Shown: positions 23,658 to 32,606 of the stretch, piece after piece
How positions within the stretch are numbered: the stretch's first letter is position 1
Layout of the letters: every line of letters begins with the position of its first letter
Source of the DNA: Eubacteriales bacterium
Lineage (GTDB): Bacteria; Bacillota; Clostridia; Oscillospirales; QAKW01
Assembly: GCA_045586045.1 (NCBI GenBank)
Contig: JAZMZQ010000191.1
Coordinates: 1 to 41,774, forward strand
Direction: 5' to 3'
DNA length: 41,774 nt
The notes under the pieces: model-generated
What the model saw: only the letters and a program-made list of their open reading frames with translations
The model's database searches: none
Told to the model about the DNA's origin: nothing
Made by a program: the position numbers and the translations under genes

Positions 23658-26036
23658 TTAATGGATTTTATGGGTTTCGTCAATATGAAATCCATGAAGG
23701 GATGCGGCGGTGATCTGCCCATCGGTAAGTTCTCCTTTGAGAAGCCGCTCTGCCAGCGCATTGGAGATCTCTTTTTCCACCGCTCGGATGATGGAGCGGG
23801 CGCCGTAGCGGCGGTCGTAGCCCTTCTCCACCGCCCAAAGGGCCACATCCTCAGAGAATTCAATGGAATAGCCCAATGCGCCGAGGCGCTCCTGCAAGGT
23901 GATCAACTGCAGGCGGGCAATTTCCAGCAGCGCCTCCCGATCTAAGGGATGAAAGACAACGATTTCATCCAGCCGATTGAGAAATTCAGGCCGCAAGGCT
24001 TTTTTTATGGCCGCGCGGATGGTTTTTTCCGCATCCTTCCCGCCGGAATTTCCAAATCCCAAGGGCTCTTCTGCCGCCTGCTCGCTTCCTAAATTAGAAG
24101 TGAGGATGATGAGGCAATTTTTGAAATTGGCGCATCTTCCCTCTCCATCGGTCAGCCGTCCTTCATCCAAGATTCCCAGCAATAAATTCAAAACATCCCG
24201 ATGGGCTTTCTCAATTTCATCAAAAAGCACCACGCTATAGGGATGGTTGCGAATCTGATTGACCAACCCGCCGCCCTTTTCATGGCCGACATAGCCGGGC
24301 GGCGAGCCGATCAGGCGGGCGACGGAATGGGGCTCCATATATTCTCCCATATCAATTTTGATTAAGGCCTCCTCCTTGCCGAAGAGGGCCTTCGCCAATA
24401 GCTTGCAAAGGCGGGTTTTCCCTACGCCGGTGGGGCCGCAAAAAAGCAGGGTGCAGGAAGGGCGCTTGGGGTCGGAAAGGCCTGCGCGGGAGCGGAGAAT
24501 GGCCGAAGTGATGGCGCGAATCCCCTCCTGCTGGCCGATCAGCTCTTGCTCAAGGGTTTTGGAAAGCCGAAGGGCAAGGGCTTCCCCTTGGGGCTCTTGA
24601 TCGCTGATGGGAATCCCTGTCTTTTCCTGCACCATGGCGGCAATTGAGCGGGGGCTCAGCACCACCTTTTCCGAAGAATCGGGCTCATCCAAGGCCTTGA
24701 GCTGCTCCAGCTCATCCCGCACCATCAGCAATTTTGAAAATTCCCGCCTGCGAAGCAGCTGATCCAGCTCCTGCTGCTTTTCTAAAATCTTTGCCCGCCG
24801 CGAGCCCCCTTGGGCGGCATAGGTCAGCAGCTGCTGCCGCGCGCCCGCCTCGTCGATCAGATCAATGGCTTTATCGGGCAGAAATCGATCATTCAAAAAT
24901 CTTACCGAAAGGCGAATGGCGGCAGAGAGGGTCTCATCGGGGATGATAACGCCGTGATGCTCCTCCAAAGAGGGGCGCACGCCCCTGAGGATCTCCATGG
25001 TCTGCTCCTCGGAGGGCTCTTCCACATGGATGGGGGCAAACCGCCGCTCCAAGGCGCTATCCTTTTCGATATAGCGGCGATATTCCTCTAAGGTGGTAGC
25101 GCCGATGACCTTGATGCGGCCTCTTGCCAGCGCGGGCTTGAGAATATTGGCCGCATCAATGGCCCCTTCCGCTGCGCCGGCGCCTGCTAAAAGGTGCATC
25201 TCATCAATAAATAAGACCAGATTGGGATCCTTTTCCACTTCTTCCAGCAGCGAGCGAAGCCGCTCTTCAAATTCCCCTCGATATTTGGTGCCGGCAATGA
25301 GGGCGGTCAGATCCAGCATATGGATTTGGAGATCCCGCAAAGCGGCCGGCACCTGCCCTGCGGCAATGCGGGCGGCAAGCCCTTCTACAATGATTGTTTT
25401 TCCGACCCCCGCCTCTCCGATCAGGCAGGGGTTATTTTTATTTTGTCGGATCAAAATCCGCATGAGGGCGGATAATTCTTCCTCTCTGCCGATCAGGGGA
25501 TGATTTTTTCCTAAAAGACATTCTTTGGTAAGATCAATGGCAAATTTCTGAAGATTTTTGGCGCCCCCTTTTTTTGCTTTTTCCGTCTGCAAGGGGAGAT
25601 CGGCAAGCCCCATCCGCTCCCGAAGGGCCAGATGAAGCTTCTTGGGCTCGCATTTGAGCTCGGAGAGCAGCTTATAGCCCACCGCATCGGGGGTCTCGCA
25701 AAGAGCCATCAGCAGATGATCGGTCCCCACCACGGAAAAGCCGAATCGATGGGCAAGGCTTCCTCCTTTGGTGATGATCCCTTCCAAGCGCGGGGTCATA
25801 TCCCCCACCGAAAGAAGAGAGGGACACCCCGATCCGATCCGCTCGCAGAGCTTTCGGCGAAGCTTATCGGCAGTAATTCCTTTGGAGATCAAAAGCCTTG
25901 AAGCCACGCCGTCGCTTTCCTTCAAAAGGCCGTAGAGAAGATGCTCGCTTCCGAGGTAGGTGTGCCCCAGTTCTTCGGCGATATTGAGGCTGCGCTCCAG
26001 TGCATGAGCGGCAAGCTTTGAAAATCGTTCCGTCAT
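23658..26036 (-). CDS. clpC: ClpC-type AAA+ ATPase (Clp protease ATP-binding subunit)
   Basis: Clp_N repeats and two Walker A motifs (GEAGVGKT, GPTGVGKT). The ATG at 26036 is preceded by AGGAAGG; the ORF track's GTG start is at 26042. Confidence 0.85.
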   Translation of the reverse strand: MTERFSKLAAHALERSLNIAEELGHTYLGSEHLLYGLLKESDGVASRLLISKGITADKLRRKLCERIGSGCPSLLSVGDMTPRLEGIITKGGSLAHRFGFSVVGTDHLLMALCETPDAVGYKLLSELKCEPKKLHLALRERMGLADLPLQTEKAKKGGAKNLQKFAIDLTKECLLGKNHPLIGREEELSALMRILIRQNKNNPCLIGEAGVGKTIIVEGLAARIAAGQVPAALRDLQIHMLDLTALIAGTKYRGEFEERLRSLLEEVEKDPNLVLFIDEMHLLAGAGAAEGAIDAANILKPALARGRIKVIGATTLEEYRRYIEKDSALERRFAPIHVEEPSEEQTMEILRGVRPSLEEHHGVIIPDETLSAAIRLSVRFLNDRFLPDKAIDLIDEAGARQQLLTYAAQGGSRRAKILEKQQELDQLLRRREFSKLLMVRDELEQLKALDEPDSSEKVVLSPRSIAAMVQEKTGIPISDQEPQGEALALRLSKTLEQELIGQQEGIRAITSAILRSRAGLSDPKRPSCTLLFCGPTGVGKTRLCKLLAKALFGKEEALIKIDMGEYMEPHSVARLIGSPPGYVGHEKGGGLVNQIRNHPYSVVLFDEIEKAHRDVLNLLLGILDEGRLTDGEGRCANFKNCLIILTSNLGSEQAAEEPLGFGNSGGKDAEKTIRAAIKKALRPEFLNRLDEIVVFHPLDREALLEIARLQLITLQERLGALGYSIEFSEDVALWAVEKGYDRRYGARSIIRAVEKEISNALAERLLKGELTDGQITAASLHGFHIDETHKIH

Positions 26037-26184
26037 AATCACACCCTTCCTAAATAGGTTCTACCAACATTTTAGACCAAATAGGTCTCTTTCATTATAT
26101 GATTGAAAAATTTTCTTTATTATGATATGATGGGGAGCATAGGGTGGCAGGTTCGAGTTCTGTCACCCTAGGGAGGAGAGAATC

Positions 26185-26688
26185 ATGATCCATATTGTAT
26201 TAGTAGAGCCGGAGATCCCGCAGAATACCGGCAATATCTCCCGCACCTGCGCTGCCACCGGCTGTGCGTTGCATTTGGTTAAGCCCTTGGGCTTCTCCAT
26301 TGATGAGAAGGCGGTCAGGCGGGCGGGTCTGGATTATTGGCAGTATCTGAATCTTACCGTCCATGAAAATTATGAGGAATTTGCCGCCTTTGCCGAAGGG
26401 CGGGGCCAAATCTATTATTGCACCACCAAGGCCCAGAAGGTTTATAGCGAGGTGGATTTTTCCGATGAGCAGCAAGAACTTTTTTTGCTCTTCGGCCGCG
26501 AAACAAAAGGCCTGCCCGAGCGGATCATGAAGCCTTATCCCGAGCGGTGCATCCGAATTCCCATGATCGATGAGGCAAGAAGCCTCAATCTTTCCAATGC
26601 GGTGGCAATTATCGCCTATGAGGCGTTGCGCCAGCAGGATTTCGGCGCTCTGAAGCGAGGCGGGCAGTTTACGGGGAGAATTGATTAA
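26185..26688 (+). CDS. trmL: tRNA (cytidine/uridine-34 2'-O)-methyltransferase TrmL
   Basis: MIHIVLVEPEIPQNTGNISRTCAATG...SLNLSNAVAI SPOUT motifs. 167 aa. Confidence 0.85.
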   Translation: MIHIVLVEPEIPQNTGNISRTCAATGCALHLVKPLGFSIDEKAVRRAGLDYWQYLNLTVHENYEEFAAFAEGRGQIYYCTTKAQKVYSEVDFSDEQQELFLLFGRETKGLPERIMKPYPERCIRIPMIDEARSLNLSNAVAIIAYEALRQQDFGALKRGGQFTGRID

Positions 26689-26723
26689 AAAGGGGCTGTT
26701 TTTTACAGCCCCTTTATTTTTTT
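26689..26723. terminator. bidirectional terminator between trmL and the MFS gene
   Basis: AAAGGGGCTGT-TTTTT-ACAGCCCCTTT followed by ATTTTTTT. Confidence 0.8.
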
Positions 26724-27808
26724 GCCGAAATGAAAAGAAAGCAACCTAAAAGCAGCAACCCTGCGCCGATCAGTGCGAGGGTGGAAGGAAGAGAAAAGGT
26801 GCGGGCAATAAAGCTCCAGAAAAGCGCCCCTGCAGGCATCGCCCCCACCGAGACCATGGTATAAAGCCCCATGAGGGCGGTGGTCTCTTCTTTTTTAATT
26901 TCTTTGGTGAGCAGGAAGATGCTCTGGGCAAAAAACCAAAAATCCAAGATGCCGTAGAGGAGAATGCAAGCGCCGATCCAAAGTAGCCCTGCGGCTTTGG
27001 AAAGGCAGAGATTGAGCACCCCCATCAAAAGGGGGAAGATCCCTAACGGCAAGGGCTTTTTGACTTTGCTTTTCAAAAAAAGCCCTGCCAACGCCCCCAG
27101 CCCTAAAAGCCCGAGGGCAATGCCGTAGGCTCCGCTCTCGAAGCCCCGCTCCCGCACCAGCGCCACAAAGGTTACATTATAATTGATCCCCAAAAAGCCC
27201 ACCAAGAAGATCTTGCACAAAAGGGGCAGATGCTTTTTCAGAGCCGGCTTTTCCCCGACGCGGTTGGGCGGGATTTTAATCAAAGAGAGGAGCAAAAGAG
27301 AGGGCAAAAAGGAGAGAAAATTCATAAAAAAAGGGACGGGCGCGCCATAGCGCTGGTAAAGAAGCCCTCCAAGAATGGGCCCGATGCCTCGGGCGGCGCA
27401 GGTAACGGCCGTCAGCAGGGCGGTCCCCTTAGAGAGATTTTCGGAAAGCTTTTTGGGCAGGCTTTGATAAAGAGGGGTCTGAAAGGCCCGCACCACCCCC
27501 CAAATAGCGCCGAAGGTCAGCAAAAAGGGGAAAGAAAGCCATCCCCTTTTCGCCCCCTGCCAAAGGAGCAGGGAGAGGGCGGCCAAAAGGCTCTCGCTGA
27601 GCAGCAGCCATTTTTTCTGAGGGCGGCGGTCCAGCCACCTGCCGAACGGATAGGCCAGCAGGGCCACCGGCAGATAGCAGGCGATCATGTAGAAGCTCAA
27701 AGCATAAAGCCCCCCTGCGGTATCGGCGGCAATCCAAGAGAGCACCAAGGTCTGAATATAGCCGCCGGTCAAGGAAAAGGCTTGCGCAATCAATAATAAT
27801 GCAAACAA
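26714..27808 (-). CDS. MFS transporter (MFS_3 / EntS-like)
   Basis: 364 aa polytopic protein with an MFS loop (FGRWLDRRPQKK). The N-terminus looks slightly short. Confidence 0.7.
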   Translation of the reverse strand: MFALLLIAQAFSLTGGYIQTLVLSWIAADTAGGLYALSFYMIACYLPVALLAYPFGRWLDRRPQKKWLLLSESLLAALSLLLWQGAKRGWLSFPFLLTFGAIWGVVRAFQTPLYQSLPKKLSENLSKGTALLTAVTCAARGIGPILGGLLYQRYGAPVPFFMNFLSFLPSLLLLSLIKIPPNRVGEKPALKKHLPLLCKIFLVGFLGINYNVTFVALVRERGFESGAYGIALGLLGLGALAGLFLKSKVKKPLPLGIFPLLMGVLNLCLSKAAGLLWIGACILLYGILDFWFFAQSIFLLTKEIKKEETTALMGLYTMVSVGAMPAGALFWSFIARTFSLPSTLALIGAGLLLLGCFLFISAKK

Positions 27809-27888
27809 AGAGAATCACCTCTTTTTCAGTATGGACGAATTTTTAAGAAATATTGCAAAAAGAGAGGGAGCATGATAAAATAAAAGTT

Positions 27889-29247
27889 ATGAATAAGAAT
27901 ACGATTTTGAAGGTGAAAATTGAAGATTATACCGAGGAAGGCTTTGGAATCGCCCGCCATGAGGGATATGTATTATTCATTCCCAATACAGTGGCGGGAG
28001 AAGAGGCTGAAATTTTAGTGGTGAAAGCAGGCAAACGATTTGGCTACGGCAAGCTTTTGAAGCTGCTCTCCCCTTCCCCCTTTCGGGTGGAGCCGGCCTG
28101 CCCCCTCTTTCCCCGCTGCGGCGGCTGCGCCTTTTGGCATCTTGATTATCAAGAGGAGCTTCGCTTAAAGGAAAAGAAGGTCAAGGATTGCCTTGCCCGT
28201 ATCGGCGGCATAGATGCCCCCCTCTCCCCCATTTTGGGTGCGGCGGAGCAGAGGTCTTATCGCAATAAGGCCCAATTTCCCATCCGCAATGTAAGAGGCA
28301 GGATTCAGGGCGGCTTTTATGCCCCCGGCAGCCATGGGGTTGTAGGCGGTGCTCCTTGCGCCATTCAGCCCGCCCTCTTTAATGAGATTCTGCAGTGGAC
28401 CCTCTCGTTTATGGAAAAAGAAGGCATCTCTGCCTATGAGGAAGAGGGATATACGGGGCTTGTCCGCCATCTTTATCTGCGCTGCGGCGTCGAGGAAAAA
28501 GAGATTTTGGCCTGCCTTGTAGTCAACGGCAAGGATTTTCCAAAAAAAGAGCGCTTTGCCAAGGCTTTATCAGATGCTTTTCCCCAAGTGAGAACGGTGG
28601 TCATCAATTATAACGATCGCAATACCAATGTGGTGCTGGGCAAAGAGAGTGAGACCATATTGGGCGAGGGCTTTATGGAGGATCTGCTCCTTGATAAGCG
28701 CTATCGGATCAGCCCCCGGTCCTTTTATCAGGTCAACCACGGCCAGACAGAGGTGCTCTATAAAAAAGTAATGGAGTATGCGGCCCTCAAGGGCCATGAG
28801 CGGGTCTTGGATCTTTATTGCGGCATCGGCACCATCGGGCTCTCCCTTGCGGAGCAATGCAAAGAGCTGGTGGGGGTAGAGATCGTGCCGCAGGCAGTGG
28901 AAAATGCCAAAGAAAATGCAGCCCTCAACCAAGTGGAAAATGCCGCATTTTTCTGCGCCGATGCCAAGGCGGCGGCCGCAAGGTTTGCCAAAGAGGGGCG
29001 CTCCTTCGATTTGATTATCGTCGATCCCCCCCGCAAGGGCTGCGATCAGCAGACCTTAGAGGCCATCTGCCAAATGGCGCCGAAAAAGCTGATCTATGTC
29101 TCCTGCAACCCGGCCACGCTGGCAAGGGATCTTAAAATTTTGAGGGAGCAAGGCTTTGAGCTGCAGGAGGCCACTCCGGTGGATCTCTTCCCAAGAACCC
29201 ATCATGTAGAGTGTTGCGTGCTGCTGTATCGGGAGGATGCCAAATGA
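27889..29247 (+). CDS. rlmD: 23S rRNA (uracil-C5)-methyltransferase RlmD/RumA family
   Basis: TRAM domain, Fe-S cysteines CPLFPRCGGCAFWHLDY, and SAM motifs DLYCGIGT and DPPRKG. The start is uncertain (ATG at 27889 versus TTG at 27853). Confidence 0.8.
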   Translation: MNKNTILKVKIEDYTEEGFGIARHEGYVLFIPNTVAGEEAEILVVKAGKRFGYGKLLKLLSPSPFRVEPACPLFPRCGGCAFWHLDYQEELRLKEKKVKDCLARIGGIDAPLSPILGAAEQRSYRNKAQFPIRNVRGRIQGGFYAPGSHGVVGGAPCAIQPALFNEILQWTLSFMEKEGISAYEEEGYTGLVRHLYLRCGVEEKEILACLVVNGKDFPKKERFAKALSDAFPQVRTVVINYNDRNTNVVLGKESETILGEGFMEDLLLDKRYRISPRSFYQVNHGQTEVLYKKVMEYAALKGHERVLDLYCGIGTIGLSLAEQCKELVGVEIVPQAVENAKENAALNQVENAAFFCADAKAAAARFAKEGRSFDLIIVDPPRKGCDQQTLEAICQMAPKKLIYVSCNPATLARDLKILREQGFELQEATPVDLFPRTHHVECCVLLYREDAK

Positions 29248-29441
29248 AAACGTTAGACATTGGATATATCAATAAAAACAACCAAAAAAACAGGGGTTAT
29301 AGGGGGAAGTCTGAAACCCATTATAACCAAAGGTTTTTTGAAATGGAATGTTTGGATTGCGGTTATAAATATTTAGCCAATGGTTGTGATGTTTGGTTAA
29401 GAAAATGCCCGCATTGCCAACAAGTAAAGAAAAGTAAATGA
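29244..29441 (+). CDS. small zinc-ribbon protein, 65 aa
   Basis: ATGA overlap with the rlmD stop and RBS GGGAGGA. CLDCG...CPHCQ four-Cys ribbon. About 34% GC. Confidence 0.65.
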   Translation: MKTLDIGYINKNNQKNRGYRGKSETHYNQRFFEMECLDCGYKYLANGCDVWLRKCPHCQQVKKSK

Positions 29442-29453
29442 AGGAGCAAGTCT

Positions 29454-29774
29454 ATGTTTTGCAGAATGTGTGGGAAACAAATTCTTGACGACAGCAAGTT
29501 TTGCCAATATTGCGGCGTTAAAGTTGCAATGGTAGAAGAAACGCAAATAGATAAAGTAATCATTTTAACCGAACAGGAAGCAAAAAATGGAGTGGAAAAA
29601 GAAATTCAAATAGATGGAATGAAGGCTCCCATAAAAATGATGTTTCCAAAGAATACGATGAATGGACAATTGTTCCGCCTATACAAGGTCAAAATGGTTG
29701 ATAGCAATGGAAAGAAAGACAAAAAAGATCTTTATATCAAAATAGAAGTCAAGAGCAATACTAAAGGAGAATAA
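29454..29774 (+). CDS. zinc-ribbon protein with a DnaJ C-terminal-like beta domain, 106 aa
   Basis: RBS AAGGAG. N-terminal CRMCG..CQYCG ribbon. LTEQEAKNGVEKEIQIDG...KDLYIKIEVK resembles a DnaJ CTD segment. Confidence 0.65.
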   Translation: MFCRMCGKQILDDSKFCQYCGVKVAMVEETQIDKVIILTEQEAKNGVEKEIQIDGMKAPIKMMFPKNTMNGQLFRLYKVKMVDSNGKKDKKDLYIKIEVKSNTKGE

Positions 29775-29776
29775 AA

Positions 29777-29956
29777 ATGAAAAAGGAAAAGCGTTTTATT
29801 AAAATCTATTCCCAAGGCGCGGGAAGCAAGGAAATCTGGGTAGATAAAGAAACGGGAGTAACCTATCTCTGCCACCAAAGCGGCTATGCCGGCGGGATTA
29901 CTCCCCTGCTGGGCGCCGACGGAAAACCCATCATTACCCTGATTGAAAATCAATAA
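29777..29956 (+). CDS. 59 aa protein, DUF6440-like (not in the supplied ORF track)
   Basis: ATG at 29777 is preceded by AAGGAG. Translation is MKKEKRFIKIYSQGAGSKEIWVDKETGVTYLCHQSGYAGGITPLLGADGKPIITLIENQ*. The GV.YL...GYAGG.TPLL..DGKP pattern recalls DUF6440 proteins. Confidence 0.6.
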   Translation: MKKEKRFIKIYSQGAGSKEIWVDKETGVTYLCHQSGYAGGITPLLGADGKPIITLIENQ

Positions 29957-29972
29957 AAAGGAGAAAAAATCG

Positions 29973-30848
29973 ATGCTTTATCAACTGAAAAATGAAAAAC
30001 TGACCGTTACCATTGAAGATAAAGGTGCGCAGCTGCGCTCCGTCAAGAGTGCCGACGGCGCTGAATATCTCTGGCAGGGCGATGAGAAGATCTGGGCCGA
30101 TCAGGCGCCCAATCTTTTCCCCCATATTGCCCGCCTGACCACCGGCCGCTATACCTTAGAGGGAAAAACCTATGAGATGAAGAGCCATGGCTTTGCCAAG
30201 AATATGGTATTTGAGGCAGAGCAGGAGAATGATGCGCATATCCTCTTCACCATCAAAGCCGATGCGGTTACGCTGGCGCAATATCCCTATGAATTTTCCT
30301 TTGGGGTGGATTATCGCTTAGAAGGCGGTAAGCTGCTGATTACTTATATCGTTGAAAATAACGATGAGAAGACCATGTATTTCGGCGTGGGCGGCCATCC
30401 CGGCTTCAATGTGCCGCTGGAGCGCGGCCTTGATTTTGAGGATTATTATCTGGAATTCGATTGTGAAAAAGAGGCTCTCTTGGTTGGAATGAGCGAGGAT
30501 TGCTATGTGCAGGGCGAGAATGTGAAATTCCCCTTGGAGGGCGGCAAACGGATTGCCCTCAAGCATAATTGCTTCGACCATGATGCCATTATTCTTACCC
30601 AGATGTGCAGAGCAGTTACCCTAAAGAGCGATAAAAATGGGCGGGCGGTCAAGCTTTGCTATCCCGATATGGAGTATCTGGGCATCTGGCATCGCCCCTT
30701 TACCGAAGCCCCCTATGTCTGCATTGAGCCTTGGACCTCTCTGCCCGCCAGAAAGGATATCGTAGAGGATTTCTCTACCCAGCCCACTCTGCTTTCTCTG
30801 GAAGCAGGCAAGCGCTATTCCAACGAATATAGCATCGAGATTTTCTGA
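29973..30848 (+). CDS. aldose 1-epimerase family protein (LacX-like)
   Basis: MLYQLKNEKLTVTIEDKGAQLRS..LWQGD..W...APNLFP fits the mutarotase family pattern. The ATG at 29973 follows AAGGAG. Confidence 0.8.
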   Translation: MLYQLKNEKLTVTIEDKGAQLRSVKSADGAEYLWQGDEKIWADQAPNLFPHIARLTTGRYTLEGKTYEMKSHGFAKNMVFEAEQENDAHILFTIKADAVTLAQYPYEFSFGVDYRLEGGKLLITYIVENNDEKTMYFGVGGHPGFNVPLERGLDFEDYYLEFDCEKEALLVGMSEDCYVQGENVKFPLEGGKRIALKHNCFDHDAIILTQMCRAVTLKSDKNGRAVKLCYPDMEYLGIWHRPFTEAPYVCIEPWTSLPARKDIVEDFSTQPTLLSLEAGKRYSNEYSIEIF

Positions 30849-30853
30849 GCGGG

Positions 30854-31738
30854 ATGAAAAAGAAAGGTATTTGCACCCTCTTTATCCTGCTGGCCGCTTC
30901 TTTATGGGGCAGCATGGGGATCTTTGTGCGCTATTTTGATCAAATCGGGCTGCGGGCGATGGATGTGGTCTTGCTTCGGGTAACGGTGGCGGCGGTGCTG
31001 CTGCCCTTGGTGGTGGGCGTAATGCATCCGAAGGGCTTTAAGGTGCGCCTGCGGGATTTATGGTGCTTTTTCGGCACCGGAATCCTCTCCATCGCCATGT
31101 TTAGCTTTTGCTATTTTTATACCATCACCCTAACCTCCCTTTCGGTGGCGGCGGTGCTGTTGTATTTGGCGCCGATTTTAGTGATGCTGCTCTCGGCCGT
31201 CCTTTTCAAGGAAAAGATCACCCCGCTCAAAGCCCTTGCTTGCGCGGTTGCCTTCTTGGGCTGCGTCTTGGTGAGCGATCTTCGGGGCGGGGCGGTGCCG
31301 CTCCTTGCGCTGCTTACCGGCTTTTTATCGGCCTTCGGCTATGCCATGTATAGCATCTTCAGCCGCTTTGCCATGAATCGGGGCTATCATTCCCTGACCA
31401 TCACCCTCTATACCTTTTGGTTCTCCATCATCGGTGTGCTGCCCTTTGCAGAGCCGATTCATGCCTTTTCGGCTGTGGCCGAGGCGGGCGCCGAGGGCTG
31501 GATCATGATGATGCTGATGGGCATCATCACCGCAGTGCTTCCCTATATTTTTTATACCTTGGGCCTTTGCGGCCTTGAGGCGGGCAAGGCCTCCATTATG
31601 GCATCGCTGGAGCCGGTGGTGGCCACCTTGATCGGAATGGCCGCCTTTGGAGAAATCCCTTCCTTGCTCAGTTTTTTCGGAATTCTTTTGGTATTGGCAG
31701 GAGTGGTATTGCTGAATGTTAGATCTCAAAAAGTGTGA
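30854..31738 (+). CDS. EamA/DMT family transporter
   Basis: 294 aa with 10 TM segments arranged as two EamA halves. Confidence 0.8.
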   Translation: MKKKGICTLFILLAASLWGSMGIFVRYFDQIGLRAMDVVLLRVTVAAVLLPLVVGVMHPKGFKVRLRDLWCFFGTGILSIAMFSFCYFYTITLTSLSVAAVLLYLAPILVMLLSAVLFKEKITPLKALACAVAFLGCVLVSDLRGGAVPLLALLTGFLSAFGYAMYSIFSRFAMNRGYHSLTITLYTFWFSIIGVLPFAEPIHAFSAVAEAGAEGWIMMMLMGIITAVLPYIFYTLGLCGLEAGKASIMASLEPVVATLIGMAAFGEIPSLLSFFGILLVLAGVVLLNVRSQKV

Positions 31739-32606
31739 GCTCTGCCCCCGCAGATGCGGAGCGGATCGCAGAAAAGAAAGCGGCCTTTGCGGCCAAAAAG
31801 AAGCCGTTAAGATCGCAAGAGCCGCCCTTCATTTTTGGGAAGAGCCGCCCATCTCGGGCGAGAGAGGCTCGGGCACCATCTTTTTTTCGGGCTGTTCTCT
31901 GGGCTGTATCTATTGCCAGAATCGGGCCATCAGCCATGGGGGCAAGGGGAAGGAAATCTCTTTGGAGCGGTTGATCGCTCTGTTTTTCGAGTTGGAAAGG
32001 CAGGGCGCTCATAATATCAACCTTGTAACCCCCACCCACTATGCTTTGCAGATCAAAGAGGCGGTGGCGGGCTATCGGGCCCAAGGGGGCAAGCTCCCGA
32101 TGGTCTATAATACAAGCGGATATGAGCGGATAGAAACCTTGCGGGCTCTTAAAGAAACCGTAGATATTTATCTTACCGATCTCAAATATAGAGAGAGCGC
32201 CTCCGCTCAAAAATACAGCCGCGCCGCCGATTATCCGGCGGTGGCAAGAGCAGCGCTTTCGGAGATGGTCTCCTTGGCGGGCGCCCCTCGGTTGGATGAG
32301 CGGGGGATGCTGAAACGGGGCGTGGTGGTGCGGCTTTTGGTGCTCCCCTCGCTGGAGCATGAGGCGATGATGAATCTTAAATGGCTCAAGGAAACCTTTG
32401 GTGATACCATCATGGTCAGCATCATGAACCAATATACCCCCGTAGGCGATGGGCTGCCGAAGGAGCTTTCCGCTCCCCTTCCCCCCGCCGCTTACCGGAC
32501 GGTGGTGGACTACGCCCGCTCGCTGCAATTCAAATATGCATATATTCAGGAGGGAGAAACCGCCAAGGAAAGCTTCATTCCTGATTTTGAGGAGGAAACC
32601 TTTTGA
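31716..32606 (+). CDS. radical SAM protein (PflX-like activase family)
   Basis: CELCPRRCGADR...GLCG N-terminal cluster and CSLGCIYCQN (CX3CX2C). Confidence 0.8.
   Translation: MLDLKKCELCPRRCGADRRKESGLCGQKEAVKIARAALHFWEEPPISGERGSGTIFFSGCSLGCIYCQNRAISHGGKGKEISLERLIALFFELERQGAHNINLVTPTHYALQIKEAVAGYRAQGGKLPMVYNTSGYERIETLRALKETVDIYLTDLKYRESASAQKYSRAADYPAVARAALSEMVSLAGAPRLDERGMLKRGVVVRLLVLPSLEHEAMMNLKWLKETFGDTIMVSIMNQYTPVGDGLPKELSAPLPPAAYRTVVDYARSLQFKYAYIQEGETAKESFIPDFEEETF

Noticed and set aside
26071-26090. CtsR operator upstream of clpC
   Set aside because: The sequence AGACCTATTTGGTCTAAA does not fit the tandem heptad GGTCAAA-NAN-GGTCAAA without indels. It is retained only as an unassigned repeat/palindrome.
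26140-26170. tRNA or tRNA-fragment (att-like) signal: GGCAG-GTTCGAGTT-CTGTC-ACCCTA resembles a T-arm plus acceptor end
   Set aside because: There are no D-arm or anticodon-arm sequences upstream. The whole segment is a simple 11 bp hairpin (TAGGGTGGCAG/CTGTCACCCTA) in the trmL leader. The T-loop likeness is probably coincidental.
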